Shown here: positions 27,839 through 42,129 of the stretch, piece after piece
Layout: each line of letters begins with the position of its first letter
Position numbering within the stretch: the stretch's first letter is position 1
From: the human T2T-CHM13v2.0 reference genome, Homo sapiens
Length of the DNA: 64,000 nt
Assembly: GCF_009914755.1 (NCBI RefSeq)
Contig: NC_060939.1
Strand: one strand, 5' to 3'
Notes under the pieces: generated by a model
The model's database searches: none
Told to the model about the DNA's origin: nothing
Seen by the model: the letters and a program-made list of their open reading frames with translations, nothing else
Program-made: the position numbers and the translations under genes

Positions 27839-27997
27839 TCAGACCATGTTCCTGGCAACTACTTAGTTTCCCATCGTCGTGGGTAATGAGCATTTGATAT
27901 TTCACATTGCAGGCTTTGACTAACACTGTAACAGTTCACTGGTTCTGAGTAACAGGAGAGTGGGAAGCCTGAGTCAGGAAAAAGTCCAAATTCTAGG

Positions 27998-28130
27998 CCA
28001 GGGGTTCTGAATGTTTTTTGACTCAGGGACTGCTCTGAGAATCCAGTGAAAGGTATAGATGTTCTCTCCAGGAAAATGCCCACAAGTGCAAAATCGGCTA
28101 TAATTGCAGGGTGTCCTCAGGCCCCCGGGC
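27998..28130 (-). mobile_element. MER103C-like hAT relic just upstream of exon 2
   Basis: caggggttctgaa...tgagaatccagtgaaaggtatag...tctccaggaaaatgc. Confidence 0.55.
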
Positions 28131-29984
28131 CCATCCTTGGACCCAGGGACCCCAGATCTGGACTGCTTTAAAGGGAATGCCCTCCCCATTCCCTTATCCC
28201 TCATCATTGACATTCTTTGCCCATCTACTTCCTTTCCCTACTCCCTCCTGCCAAGGAGAAAGAGAAAAAAGATGTCTGGTGTGGACCTGGGGGGAAATGA
28301 GCCAAGAAAACCCTGAGCTCTGGGCCCACAAGCCATGGAAGACTGGATCTTGCTTCTTCTGTCTCCTATGGGGTATCAGCTACTTCTGCCCAGAGTGATG
28401 CAGTCATCACATGCCATTCCCACTGAGGGATGCCAGGCCTAGACCACCTGGTAAGGGACCGTAAGGAATCAGTTTGCAGGCTTTGATCCAGGCCCCTGAA
28501 GTGACAGCCTATGGCAGGTATGTGCCTACGTGGGATGCCAACTCCCTTGCTTCACTAAATTGGGGTCCCCAACAAGGGGGTCCTCACAGAGGGCAGACAA
28601 CCTTTCCAGTGGGAGTGGCTGAAGTGCCTCCTGAGGTTCCTTCCTGTCCTGGCACTCCAGGACTCTGTGGTCCTCCTGCCTCAGAGAACTTCCAGTCCAA
28701 GGGTTGCGACCTGGTGGGTCGCTGACCTTGAGGGGTGCAGAGGAGCTGGAAATCACACGCACCCAAACATCATCTGTAGGCTGAATGAACGCTGCGACTC
28801 AGAAAGACAGAACTATTTTTCATGTGTACATAGATGCTATCGTGATTTATTTAAAAGCTTTACTGAATTCAGAGTAGCTTTTCTTCTTAATCAGCAACAC
28901 TAAAAATTACAACTTCTAATAACTGGGGGTGGGGGTGTCATAGAAAATATTTTGACATTGGAAAGGGGTCACAGGCTTGAAATGGTTGGGGATCTATCCC
29001 GCTGGCCCTGGGTTCGCAGATGAGGAAGCGCTCAACCTACTTAGGAGAACAGATACAAGCCGGCATGTATTTTGCACACACCCCCATTTGTACCCTCAGG
29101 GAAGCTAAATGGAGTGCCATTCTTCTGAAAGGTCAAACACTCTCCTTCGCTCCACAATGATTTCCTTGTTAAACTCTTTCTCAGCAGCTCCTTCAAAGAT
29201 AAACAAATTGTCACCAATTCTGTATAACCGTGGGGGTCTAAATTAATGATTAATGAGGTGTTCCTGTTTGAGATCTGGAAATCATCTGACTGAAATGCAG
29301 ATTTAGCCAGATTTCAAATGAATGCATTCTGAAAATCAGAAAGAGGGGAGCGATTCTGGTGCTTCTGCTCAATGTGCAGAGTCCAGGAGTATGCAAAGCA
29401 CAGCTGCTCAGAGCTCCCCACCCAATCCCCCTAGCCCACTCCTCCATCCCCAGAGACCCAATGAGCACCTCAGAAGGCTCCACACAAACTGGAGTCTGTG
29501 CAATGCCAGGGCTGCAGAGGAGCTCAGCGATCATTTCAATCCATTCTCCTCTGGGAGATTCAACCTAGAGCGGAGAAAGAGCCTGCCCGGGACATGGCAT
29601 TGAGCTATGCGGAGAGTCAAAAGTGGAACAAGCATCTTCTTCCAAGTGGGGTTTGGGCTAATCAGGCATCAAATAAAGAAATAAACAATGGGACACAGAG
29701 TTCCAGAAGGCATGGAGTCTGAATGCCAGCTGTAGGGGATGCCTTGCCTTGTCTTGATTCTCTCTGTGGCCCTGACTCATTACTTGGGCCACTCCTATAA
29801 TCTCCAGCATTCTCCCGAGAGAACCTCCTGACAGCATCTTCAAACTTATTACACCAAGAGTATCAAAAGATGAGGCCACCTGGACAGGAGAAGATTGTTC
29901 CTCTGGTCCCTTTTGACCCATGTGATGGGAGAGAGAGGTAACTTGGATCATTGCTGTAATTTGTGAGATTTTAAAATCCTCATG

Positions 29985-30172
29985 AAAAGAAAGAGAGAGA
30001 GGGAAAGGAAAGGAAAGAAAGAAGAAAAGGAAAAAAAGGAAAGAAATAAAGAGAAAGGAAGGAAGGAAGGAAAAGGAAAGGAAAGGAAGGGAGAGGGGAA
30101 GAAGGAAAGAAAAAGAAAGAGGGAGGGAGGGAGGAAGGAAGGAAGGAAGGAAGGAAGGAAGGAAGGAAGGAA
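29985..30172 (+). repeat. Purine-only GA-rich tract ending in (GGAA)10 (30133-30172)
   Basis: Read directly. Confidence 0.95.
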
Positions 30173-31039
30173 ATTCTCCTTGTCTCCGATACTTCACTCA
30201 GGCGCAGTGAAGAAAGAAGCCATCACCACATGGGGGCAACTCATCCCCATTAACTTTAATGGGACTTTTCCAGGATCTCTCTGAGGACAGATCCCAAAGA
30301 CATATGCTTATGAGATGACTGAGGGAAAATCAATCGTGCTGCAGTGATTATTAGGCCAACTCCATTTGGAGTGACAGAGGTTAACATATTGGGCACCATC
30401 TGATTTAGGGCATTAATAATTAAATAAGAAAATGCCCCTGGTTTCACTTCAGGGGAAGAGTCCATGTAAATAGATCTGCTGGTTCTCTTCCCTCTGGTCC
30501 AGCTCTCTACATATTAGGGAGCAGAGGAAGTTGCAGAGGTGGAAAATTTTCTTTCCTTATCGGGCACCATGGCTGCTTTACAAACCCTGATGGACTGGGC
30601 AGGGCGGATAAAGGGAAGAGAAAGTGCCCAGGAGGCGTACCTCTCACACCTGCAGACAGGGTGTTGTCAGCCCACATGGCCACCCATGGGCCATGGCCCA
30701 AACTGAGCACTCTTGGTGCACCACCTGCCCGGGCCTGGGCCGTGCTGTGGAGGACACAAAGAAATAAGATGCCATCAGCTGCAGTGCACTTGAGGACTCT
30801 CAAAGCAGCAAGTGATTAAGTCCCACTGGCAGAGCTGTGAAAGCCTTTGTGGAGTGGGTGGGACTTGGACTGGATGGTGTATGCAAAGGTGGAGGCTAGA
30901 GAAAGGGCATTTCTGGGTCAGGTCCAGCCCAAGCAGTGTGTGGAGGCAGGAATGTGCAGGAACTTTGGAGGAACCAGACAGCGGAGAGCTTGCACTGCAG
31001 TACAGTGGTGGGCAGCATGGGCACCTCTGGAGGGCATTC

Positions 31040-31320
31040 TCTACAGCTGGGTTCTGTGGAACACTAGTCCCATGAGACATTGATAGAAATCTCTCAGACA
31101 AAGATCTCCAAGGGTGAATAAGCTCAGGAAATGCTGCTCGCTATGTCCTCATCCTAAATATTCAGTCTAAGCATTTTAGCATAGCTTAGACTCTGAGAAG
31201 ACCCAAAATAAAGAGACCATTTGACTTTTTATTTCACCCAATATTTCCCATGGAACTCTTCCCAGTGACACAGCTCTAAGAGCGGTGTTCCTGATGATAG
31301 CGGCTTAGGAAACTCTGCTC
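31040..31320. mobile_element. Probable hAT-type MER relic
   Basis: gttctgtggaacactagt...actctgagaag...tttcccatggaac...ttaggaaactctg; family not assigned. Confidence 0.35.
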
Positions 31321-32271
31321 CCCTCCCTCAACACCAAGTCTGAAGAAAGGCCTGGTGCATGTCAAGCTGTGTCCTGAGAGTCTGCATGCACTTGTCTATT
31401 CTAACACTCAAGGGCCTCTTATGCCTGGCACCTGGTGTTAAAGGAAAATGCCGCCAGGTTGCTTAAGGGACACTGGCATCATAGCAAACGATCCCTCCTC
31501 CTGTCCAGGGCTTCTGCTCCGGCCTGGATCGGCTTTGCTGGCTGAGCAGATCTTAGAGATGGCAGCATCCTCTGGAGGCCCCTGCCTCTGCCTAGGACCC
31601 TGCCATCATTAGCACCAGCACCTGTGGAGGCCAGTCTCTCTCTCTGGTGGCAGCACACACCTGTCCAGACATTAGTTGCTCACATTATCCAAGATGCATA
31701 AATTGGGGCAGAAGGCAGACAGACAGATGGCCTCTGCCCTGGGATCAGCTGTTACAGCCTTAAGATCCATCTAAGCAAAAATCCTACCCTACCTGCTTCA
31801 CTTCCACCACTGGCTTCATCCTCCTGACTGTGCCTAAATCTTGGACGCTGGAGCCTGGAGCCTGGCCAACGTGCCTGCAGCCTGCTCTCTGTCAATCCCA
31901 GTCCATCTTCCCGTGATCCTTTGCTTCTCAACATATTTGCACTGGCGGCAGGAGTGGCAGCAGTCAGACACTATTTTGTGGGCCCAGGGAAGTTCCCACT
32001 CCCACAACAATGGGGATCTATTATAGTGGCTGTTTAGAATGCTGTGCTGAGGAAGGGGGGCTGAGTGGGAAAGCATGCCAGGATTGATTAGTAATGTCTG
32101 TCTTAAACTCTGGTGAGGGACAACACAGGTGCCATGTACCGTGCCTATATTGCTGAACAGGTGTTACCACTTTGGAAATTTCTCCCCTCCTATATTTACC
32201 ACTTAGATATGGCCTTGGCTCTTCCTTCTGGACCCTAGGACCTAAGGATTATTTCCTTCCCCTTGTACCAT

Positions 32272-32400
32272 GCCACTAGAACATATACTTCATGAGGGCA
32301 GGGGTTTCCATCTCTTGTGTTCACCGCTATGTCCCCAGCCCCAAGAGCATTGCCTGCACATACAGCAGCTCAAGACATCTTTGTCAACTGATTACTGACT
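32272..32400 (+). mobile_element. L2 3' end
   Basis: ccactagaa...catgagggcagggg...tgttcaccgctatgtccccagc. Confidence 0.85.
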
Positions 32401-34279
32401 CTGCAGCCAACCTCCACCCCAACCTCTCAACCATCCCAAGCCTCAGGATCAGCCACATTGCTTGTGTCTGGCCCGAGAGAGGACACCAAAGACCCATCCC
32501 AACAGCAGGTCACACTGCACAAGGCATTCCATGTTGTGTTAACATTGCATTTGCAGAGACACCAATCTGGTGGCATCAGATACTGTACAGTGGGCACCCA
32601 GGACATCCTGAGAGCAATTCAAAGACTCCTGCCTGGACCACCCCATCAGCACCAGCGCATGTCTGCTCCCCACACCAGCACAAGGCAGGCATTGAAGCAC
32701 AGGCAGTAGCTCAAGCTGCAGTTGGGGACTGGGTGTTCCAGACGCCTCATGAAAAGGCGCTTTCAGGTCTGGGAAGCAGCAGAAGCAAACCCCAAACTGG
32801 AGCTGATAAAGCAAACGCCTCACATTTCTCCCGGCATGTGGGTGGAGAGAGAGCTTTCTATCTTCTAATTATAGAAGATACACACACACTTCTCTACTTT
32901 TTTCTGAATAAAACAAAAAGCCAAGTTTGCACACAATGGGGCAAATGCCAAGGTTATCGCCCCGTCTAGTGGCCTTCCCCTTCCTCTGCCCTGGCTCTCT
33001 CAGCTGGCTCCCAGTCCCCAGCCCTCTCTATTTACTGGCCTTGCTAGGGCCTGATTAGTGCGAGATGAAAAGAGGAGTTGGATCAGCCCTCGTAATTAAG
33101 AAGCTTCGTCCTTTGCCTTGATGAAGCCTCCTGCCCTGCAGCAATCCCACCAGGGGTTGGGTTTATGTTGAATGCTTTCTAATCTTCCTGTACTTAAAAA
33201 AAAAGAAAAAAAGTTTTAAAAATAAATCCACAGCTCTTAATCTCCTAAAGAGTGATTCCCTGACTGCAGGAGCACAGCAAAAATTCTCAGCGCCAATGTG
33301 GAGTCTCTGCCAGGTGCCTGGCCCCCGGGATAAATCAGCGGGGATTGGAGTCACCTCCTGAGACAAGTTAAATGTCCCCCTCCAAGTCCCTGCTCCACCA
33401 CCCTGATAAATTCTGCTTTCTCCTTGCCTGGGAAGCCTCGGGCTGCAAATCCTGAAAATGGTACCATGAGGGTTGCAGCCACCATTAATCAGGGTCAAGA
33501 GACTGTCCTGTCCCCTGCACTCTCAAGCCCAGCAGAGAGCAAGTGGCCCTGACATCAGTCAGGCCCAGAGAAAAATCACAGCCTACCCTGGAGCAGAGCA
33601 GTAGAAACCGCCAAACTAATAAAGCGCCAGCCTCCCTCCCACAACAGGCACAGCCTCTGAATTCTGGGCCCTCAAACCGCCTCCTGCTCGCCCCAACTCC
33701 CAAGCAGGCAGCATCTGCACCCCCAGCCTCCAGCCCCTCGAAGATGAAGGGAGAAAACTTATCTATGTTCTTAGGCCATTCCATTTCTCACAAAGCAATT
33801 ATCTCCATCTTTCCATTTCTTTGCAAATCAGGACACATTCAGCTGGCCTGACCAACCCGGACACCAGCCTGGCCCCTCCCCACCCGCAATCTGCCCACTC
33901 CTGGCCTTCTCAGCCACCCTCTCCCACCTCCTCCCAGGGCTATGGAGTTCTCATAACTGTAGGTGTCCCTCATGCCCTGCATTAAATCATGGTGACATCC
34001 ACAAAACCTCTGAAGACAAGTCAGCCTCCCAGGGCCCTTCAGCTCCATGGGGATTTGTCCCCATTCCTGCCCCCTTAAAGAAAACATTCCTTAAACAACA
34101 AGGTGCAGCTACAGGGGCCCAGCGGGGAGGAGGGCGCTGAGGGAGGGAGCCCTCGAGAATCCCTGGAAGGCCAAGCCTCTCACGGGAGCTGAGCTGTGAG
34201 GATGATGGGCTGGACAGCAAGCCACATGGTGTCAGAACTGGTGCCGAGAAAAACCTGGGAGCAGAAAGAGTCCAACACC

Positions 34280-34590
34280 TCATCCTCTAGGAGGGGAAAC
34301 TGTTCCCTGAAAGGGAGGTGACTTGCTCAAAGACACACGAAAACTTGGTTGCCGTCTTCATGTGAAGGGAATGGTGGAGTCCACCTGACTTGGGTTCGAA
34401 TCCTACCCTTGCCTTCCTGGCTGTATAACCCAGTAGAGTCATTTGCCTGCTCCAGGGCTGAGTGTTTCACGTCTTGCACATTAAGGAAGACCAACTTCAA
34501 GGGCTGTTAAGATAGTAAATGAGAACGCAGGTAACGTGGTTGGCCCAAGGTCTGGCACATAGATGGTACCCAATGAACTATTAGTTTCCT
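34280..34590. mobile_element. Divergent MIR pair
   Basis: ggggaaactg...gtgacttgctcaaagacacac (-); cttgggttcgaatcct...gtctggcacatag (+). Confidence 0.75.
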
Positions 34591-35234
34591 TCCCAGCCAC
34601 ATCCTTCACCTCAAAGACTCTTCTAACTCTGTACTTTTAGAATTTCTAAGGAACTGGAAGAAAAAAAAAGACAATGACAGAAAAATACTCTGCTGGAGAA
34701 TCTAGGCATGGCTGTATGTTTTGGGAGACCCCTGGATCAGTCTTAACTGTACAATTATCAAGGCAGATCTCATCTTTCATCCATCCCCTCAGCAAACATT
34801 ATTGAATGCTCATCAGTCACTGTGACACAGAGAAGACTCAGGCGGGGCCCTGCCCCAAGCCCCCGAACACTTGCTCGAGGGGAGGTGGGAATGGCTAGGA
34901 GAGGGTAGTAGACCCAGGATGTGGCTTAATTCAAAGCACCGAGGCCCCTCCCTGCAGGAAGAGGCCTCTCCCTGCAGGAAGCCTCGGGCCAGTGTGATGG
35001 GAAATCAGAGGCCTTTGCAGGTATTGATGCTAATGTCCCAGCAGATCCCCTGTGTGTTGAGTCTGGCCCATCTCCATTCTAGATGCCTCTGGATCCACTC
35101 TTGATCAGGGCTGCCTCTGAAGGGAGAGAACCTTTCACAAGCTCATCCAGTCTCCCAACTCCATCCTGTAGGGGCTCAGAGAGCCATACTTCCCCTGCCC
35201 TTGGGTCTTTCCTATTGAATTCAAAGTCAGTACC

Positions 35235-35640
35235 AGTTCCCCTCTGCCTCCTAAGTCACTACCTTGCTGTGTGACCCAGGAAAGGTTGCTTAACCTCTCT
35301 GAGTTTCACTCTGCTGGTGCACAGGGCTGGAGTCAGACTACATCATCTCTTGGGCCCTTCCAACTCTGTAAGCTTACCTATGAAGTATCACCCTTCCCTG
35401 CCCTTCCCCTCCTCATCTTCTCCTCCCTCTTCACCCTTGCACTTCAGGTTTGCGCCATCTCCCAGCTGCAGGGAGATAATGCAGAGGAGGCAGCAGAATT
35501 GGATTCTAGTCTTTGATCCTGGAAAACTCATTTAACTGCCCTGAGCCTCCTTTTCCTCTTTTACAAATAGGAAGGGTGAGAGAACAACAGTTTCTTGTGA
35601 GGATTAAACAGGTAATGCAGGTGGTGCCCTGCAAACTGCA
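35235..35640 (+). mobile_element. Two MIR/MIR3 fragments
   Basis: gctgtgtgacccaggaaaggttgcttaacctctctgag; tttaactgccctgagcctc...gtgaggattaaa. Confidence 0.75.
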
Positions 35641-36029
35641 GCCCAGTGGTGAAACGCGGAGATCAGTATTGCTGTCGTGGTCGGGATCCTTAGTTGCTGC
35701 CCACCTCTCTGTCCAATCTTCGGCACCCTTTGAAGATGGGCCTCTTTTGTGTGCTCCATTCCAGCCAAGAGCCCACACTAGGACAGGGTCTCTCCCGCCA
35801 CACCTCAGGGACCACGTCTCCCCAGTCAATAGACCCCCTGAGTCTGGAGATAAACAGAAGAGCCTGGCTGTCAGCCCACAGACATGGGCATCAGACAAGG
35901 GTAGCCTCTCCAGGTTTCCTTAGAGAACCTTCCCGACCGACCTAGGCCAGGGGATTCTGAAGCCAGAAACCAATTGTTTCAAAGTTTGAAGTGCCCTACA
36001 CATGTTCTAAAAAAAGGTTGTCAATATAG

Positions 36030-36960
<931 letters not shown>

Positions 36961-36964
36961 TGAC

Positions 36965-37261
36965 TTTCTTTCTTTTTTTTTTTTTTTTGAGACAGCATCT
37001 CTGTCATCCAGGCTGGAGTGCGGTGGCACGGTCACAGCTCACTGCAGCTTTGACCTCCCTGGGCTTAAGAGAGCCTCCCACCTCAGCCTTCCTAGTAGCT
37101 GGGACCACGGGTTCACACTACGACACCTGGCTTTTTTTTTTCTCTTAGAGACGAGGTCTCACTGTTGCCCAGACTGGTCTGGAACTCCTGGACTCAAGTG
37201 ATCCTCCAGCCTCAGCCTCCCAAAGTGCTGGGATTACAGGCATGAGCCACTCTGCCTAACC
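36965..37261 (-). mobile_element. AluJ
   Basis: Poly-T, gagacag...cacagctcactgcag...cccaaagtgctgggattacaggcatgagccac. Confidence 0.93.
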
Positions 37262-37325
37262 AACTTACTTTCTTCTCTATATATTTTCAGTATGAGCAGG
37301 TCTCAATTTTCAGATTTCAAAAACC

Positions 37326-37480
37326 AGCCAGGCACAGTGATGCATGCCTGCAGTCCCAGCTACTCAAGAGGCTGAGGCAAGAGGATGTTTTAAGCCTCGG
37401 AGTTTGAGGCTACAGTGAGCTATGATTGTGCCACTGGGTGAGATCCAACCTGCGTGAGATGGCAAGATCCCATCTTAAAG
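37326..37480 (+). mobile_element. Alu monomer (FRAM or AluJ right arm)
   Basis: agccaggcacagtg...cagtcccagctactc...gaggctacagtgagctatgattgtgccactg. Confidence 0.85.
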
Positions 37481-38039
37481 AATTTTTTTAACCACAATAA
37501 AGCCACCTTCATTTTGAAAACAAAAAAGGGAGGGCCCTACAGGCAACTCCTCCACAGCTTACCCTCCTCCAGGCCCAGATTCTCCCCCTCTGCTCCTTAG
37601 GGCACATTTTCCCAAAGAGCAGGGGTTCACAGAGGACTTGAGCCCTAAACCTGCTACCCCTAGGGACACAGGCCACTTAGGGGAGCCTCCCAGCCAGCCC
37701 TTGAAGCCATCTGGCTGCGGCGAGACTGCTATCACAATGGTGTGGCATGTGTCCACGCTGTGATGGTATACTCATGCTATGATGAAAAACATTATGCCGT
37801 TTCAAAGACCCAAAATGATCTCACGACACAGAAAAATAGATGGATAAAGCACGATTTTGTCAGCTGTATTCAGAATAATAAATGAGTCAGGTATTCAGAT
37901 TTTTAAAGCAATTTATTGAGGCTCTTTGTCCATGACACTGATAACTTCTGGCTTGCAGCCCGGTCGGGTCACGGCCGGCACTTCACCTCCCTCCTCTGCT
38001 CTCACACTGGCTCTGCTCCTCCCTGGAACAGCAAGCACG

Positions 38040-38220
38040 GGGAGCCCTGGAATCTCAGGAGGTTTCTGAGTCCTAATCCCAGCTCTGCCTCTTACCAACT
38101 GCATGGCCTAAGGATGGTCATTTAACCTCCCGGGCTCCCAGCTTCCTCTTCTGCAAAATGGGGTTAGTAATAAACCTGACTCCCAAGGTTGAGATGCCAA
38201 AGAGACACAGGTTATGAGAA
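38040..38220 (+). mobile_element. MIR
   Basis: aatcccagctctgcctctta...cttcctcttctgcaaaatggggttagtaata. Confidence 0.8.
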
Positions 38221-40646
38221 GGGCCTGTGAACAGCATAGCCCCAGGGAAAATATCAGCATGGCTGGGTTTGGCATTGTCCTCTCTGATGGGGCGTATGGG
38301 ATGCAGTACAGATACTACTGGGGGTGCACAGGGGGAATGAGTATATTAGGGTCCTGGGCCTGATAAGGACTGCCTCCCGGGGGTGGGGCAAGTCTGCCAG
38401 AAGGGAAGAAAGGAACTGAAGGTGAATTTCAGTAAGTTTGCAATTTGGCCCAGCCCAGGCCCTGCTGACTTGCAGTCTAAGCTAGTGATGATTCCAAGTC
38501 TGGACCAGAGGCCAATTTGGCTGCATTTCTGGCCTAGGCTGTGTCTGACAACCATCTCACAGCCACATGCATTTGCAATCAAACAATTCCTCTGAACTCT
38601 AATTTCCTGGAGGAGCAAGAAGCTCACCCACCTTCCAGAACTTGAGCACCCTATATGCCCTCCCAAAGGAAAGACCCACTAAAAAACAGTACTGTGGCCG
38701 ATCAAAATCTGTCCCTCATCTCCCCAGGTTTAATTTGGAAAATGGTACATAAGTCCCAGAGTCACTGTGTGCCTGGCCTGATTAGTCGTTGTGTATTTCA
38801 GTGTTTTCCAGGAAATTGTTCATTAAGGATAAAAGCACCTGCTTACTGTAAGAGAGCATTACACAAAGACTCTGTCATGGGAGCCTGGGAAGAGCATTAA
38901 TTAATGAAGTGAAACTGAACAAACATGCTATAAATTAAAGGTCTGAAAAGAAATGCCCTGGCATTTAGTGGATTATGAAAGAAGGATGAAATGAAACATC
39001 ATATTTTTAGACCACAGTAGGGTAAAAAAAAAAAAAATGGGAGGGAGAAAATTACAAAAGGTGGCCGAGGTAACGATCTATTTCTGGAGCAACTGAAGCC
39101 TGTGCTTCCATTAAGAGAATTATCAATCAATTCTGTTTTGTCTGGGGGCATATACGCACTGTGTGTGCTAAATTAAAAAGCTTAACATGTCAGCGTAGTT
39201 TCTTCTGAGGGTTCCGTGGAAGAATGCCGACCAAGGCATTTAGGCTTCAGAGAGGCAAGGCAGGTTATGAGGAGGAAGTCAGGGGGACTTGAGCCATGTC
39301 ACTAAGTCAGGCCCAGCAGGGCACAGGCCACCCTGAGCACCAGTGTCAAGAGAAAATGTAGCCAAACCCCAATTAACTGGAGCCTTCAGTTAATTGAAAG
39401 GTGGCCAAAACAGCCGATCACACTCCCTGGTGCCAGTCAGGCTCAGTCCTCACCGGCGCATTTCAACCAAAGCCAGTGCGGTTTTTTCTTCCCCTCTCCT
39501 GAAAAGCAGCTTTTAGGGCTAGCTTCTGATAACTTATTCAGCTTAATTTCCCTCCCTTCATACCCACTCCTGAACAAGGACAGGCCTTTAGGAACAATGA
39601 TCCTGAAGTCACACAAAATCCTGATAAATCCAGAGAAATTTGATCCTATTCATCATACTCCACTTCCCTGGGCAGGAAAGGAAAAGGGCACAATTGCAAA
39701 AGCGTTTTGGTAACAGGTGTTGAAACTACAGAAAGGTTTTTTCTGCATACCTTCCAACTCAGTAGGAAATTCAGAAATGTGAACCACCCATTCCTTATTC
39801 CTGGAGGCAAAATGGAGGCAGGGGCAGGTTTCCCGCCTGACTCCAGCTTCTCTCAGTTGCTTTCTGTTCCCTCCCCAGGCAGGCCTGGGCCCATGAGGTA
39901 CTAACCCTCAATACACTGAATCACCCTATGTAGAAGGCAGGACGCTTGCACCAAGTCCAAACCATGCTTCCCCAGTGTTCTAATTCTGTGGCGTGCCCAC
40001 AAATTTCTAAATTTGCCGTAATACATACAGGGACTCAATAGGGTAGGAAGAACGGGAGGCAAGCCAGAAGCTTGCTAAGCCATGGGAGGCCTCTGACACA
40101 GGTATGTTTGGCTGTGCGAAGAGGGAAAGAGGAGAAAGAAAAAGGAATAGGGGTGGGGAGTGAGGCCGGTGGGAGGCCAGCCTGGCAGGCTTGGGAGAGC
40201 AGGCATCTGTGGGCCTGGGTGTGCACAGCTGGCAGGAAGCGGGCCTGGAAGTCTGAGCTCAGCCGGGTATTGGGTACTAATGCCATATTCGGGGACTTGC
40301 GAGCCCTTACTAAGAATACTCTGTGAATATTCCCTGTTGGATTAGAACCTAGATGTAGACTCGGTTGAACATTGAGTGTGCTGTTCACTCATCAGCCACT
40401 GTGCACCTTACTGAGCACCAGGGCAAAAGAAAAATGGATGGTTCCCAAGACCTTGTACTGTGCCAGGTGCCAGCCTTGGTACATGGCCAGTTTCAGTCCT
40501 TCCAGTAACTCCATCAAGTAGGCATTATGATCTCCTCTTGCAGGTGGCGAAATGCAGGCTCACGTGGATGACCTAGACACAAATTCAGGACTACCGGCTT
40601 GTCCAATGCCAAGCTTCTGGGATGTCTCTGTCCTGCAGACTCAGGG

Positions 40647-40648
<2 letters not shown>

Positions 40649-40716
<68 letters not shown>
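40649..40716 (+). repeat. Compound microsatellite (GT)22(GA)12
   Basis: Read directly. Confidence 0.97.
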
Positions 40717-42129
40717 CAGGGATAGGCTCATCTCTTTGGATCAGAGCTTCCTCCATGCTCACGAGATTGGAGCAGCGGAGGGGAGGATGTTAATGCTATT
40801 GTGAGAAAAGAGAAGACGACTGGCTTGGAACTCAGAAGACAAGCTTGGGCTGGCTGTGTGACCTTGGGTAGGAGGCTGCCTGCTTGGTGCTTCATTGTCC
40901 TCTGTTAGCTGAGAGGAAGCCTCTGTCAGCCAGGGTTTCTCCCACCTGAACCACAGCACCCAGAAGAGGATTAATGGACAATTTTCTCAGTTCTCCCAAG
41001 GATGGTACATCCTAGATGCACAAGAGAAAAGTCAATCTGCTACATGCAGTGGTCACATTAGGGCCTGAGGGCAGGATTCTCTCCTGAACCTGGCTGAGAA
41101 GGAACTAGGTGGCCCCGAAGGTCCCTTTGGCTCTGACCTCAGGAGATGGGCTGCAGATGAGGATGCCAGACCTCCTGAACCATGTTAGGTCACAATATCC
41201 CGTGTGTATTTCCCTCCTGTCATCCCTTGGCCTAACATCATCTTTAAATGAGCCGATTGTGCCTCAGCTGTGCTTTGAGGAATCTAGGGAGAGACTGGGG
41301 ATAGGCCTCAAAAGGGGATAAGCCCTACTCCTCACTCCCCACCCTTAGGGCAAGCATTGTGTGTGTTGGGTCGGTGGGGGGATCGGCGGCAATAACTGGC
41401 AAGAGATCTGAATAGGAAAGGTGAGCTTGGGGATCAAGAATTAAGCACATGATCCCCCTGCGCCTCCCCTACCTTAGAGGATGTGGAGTTTATTTTATTA
41501 CACAACAGGCCAGTTCCCCAGCAAGGCAGAACAGTGGTTTGTACCCCAGGTATAAGCAATGCCCCATCCTATTCTGGGCTCCATCCAGAAAATACTCTAA
41601 CAGCTTAAAAAGTGAGAGCACTCCTAGACCTCCTTAATTTTAGGCTTTGCTCATGGAGCCCCCGCGATGGGAACTGGGAAGGGACAGCAAGTTGTGGAAT
41701 TCTGCTACCACTTCTGCACGGCTCTCAAGAAACAGCAGTAGCCGTGGCAACATCTTTGCATCAAAAAGGACATATCTAGACAGAACAGGCGCCCGCCAGA
41801 CTCTGGACCATTCCACAAAGTGGAGATGAGGATAAAATCACCCCGAGGGAGGAAGGCAGAGGAGATATTTATTTCAAGCCAATTTCACCCACTGTGGAGC
41901 AATCACTAAAGCCAAATGGTAGAGCTGTGCATATATATGTCTCAGTGAGTAAGCGTGGGAAGAGTGAGTGAGCCGGCACGACCGCCAGCCTGGCGCAGCT
42001 GCCACAGGGAGGCCCTGTGAGGGGACAGCATCTGCTGATGAGACTGAGTCTGAGGACGGCCTGAGCTGAGCCCCCAGCCAAGTGCCAGGAGAAACAGGCC
42101 GGGGACAAAAAAGCACAGAAGTGGGTCTC

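Noticed and set aside
29658-30284. 179-aa F/L/S-rich and 100-aa K/E/R-rich ORFs
   Set aside because: Artefacts of the GA-rich simple repeat.
32292-32969. Longest ORF in the track (225 aa)
   Set aside because: Starts inside an L2 3' end, has no recognisable domain and is antisense intronic; consistent with chance.
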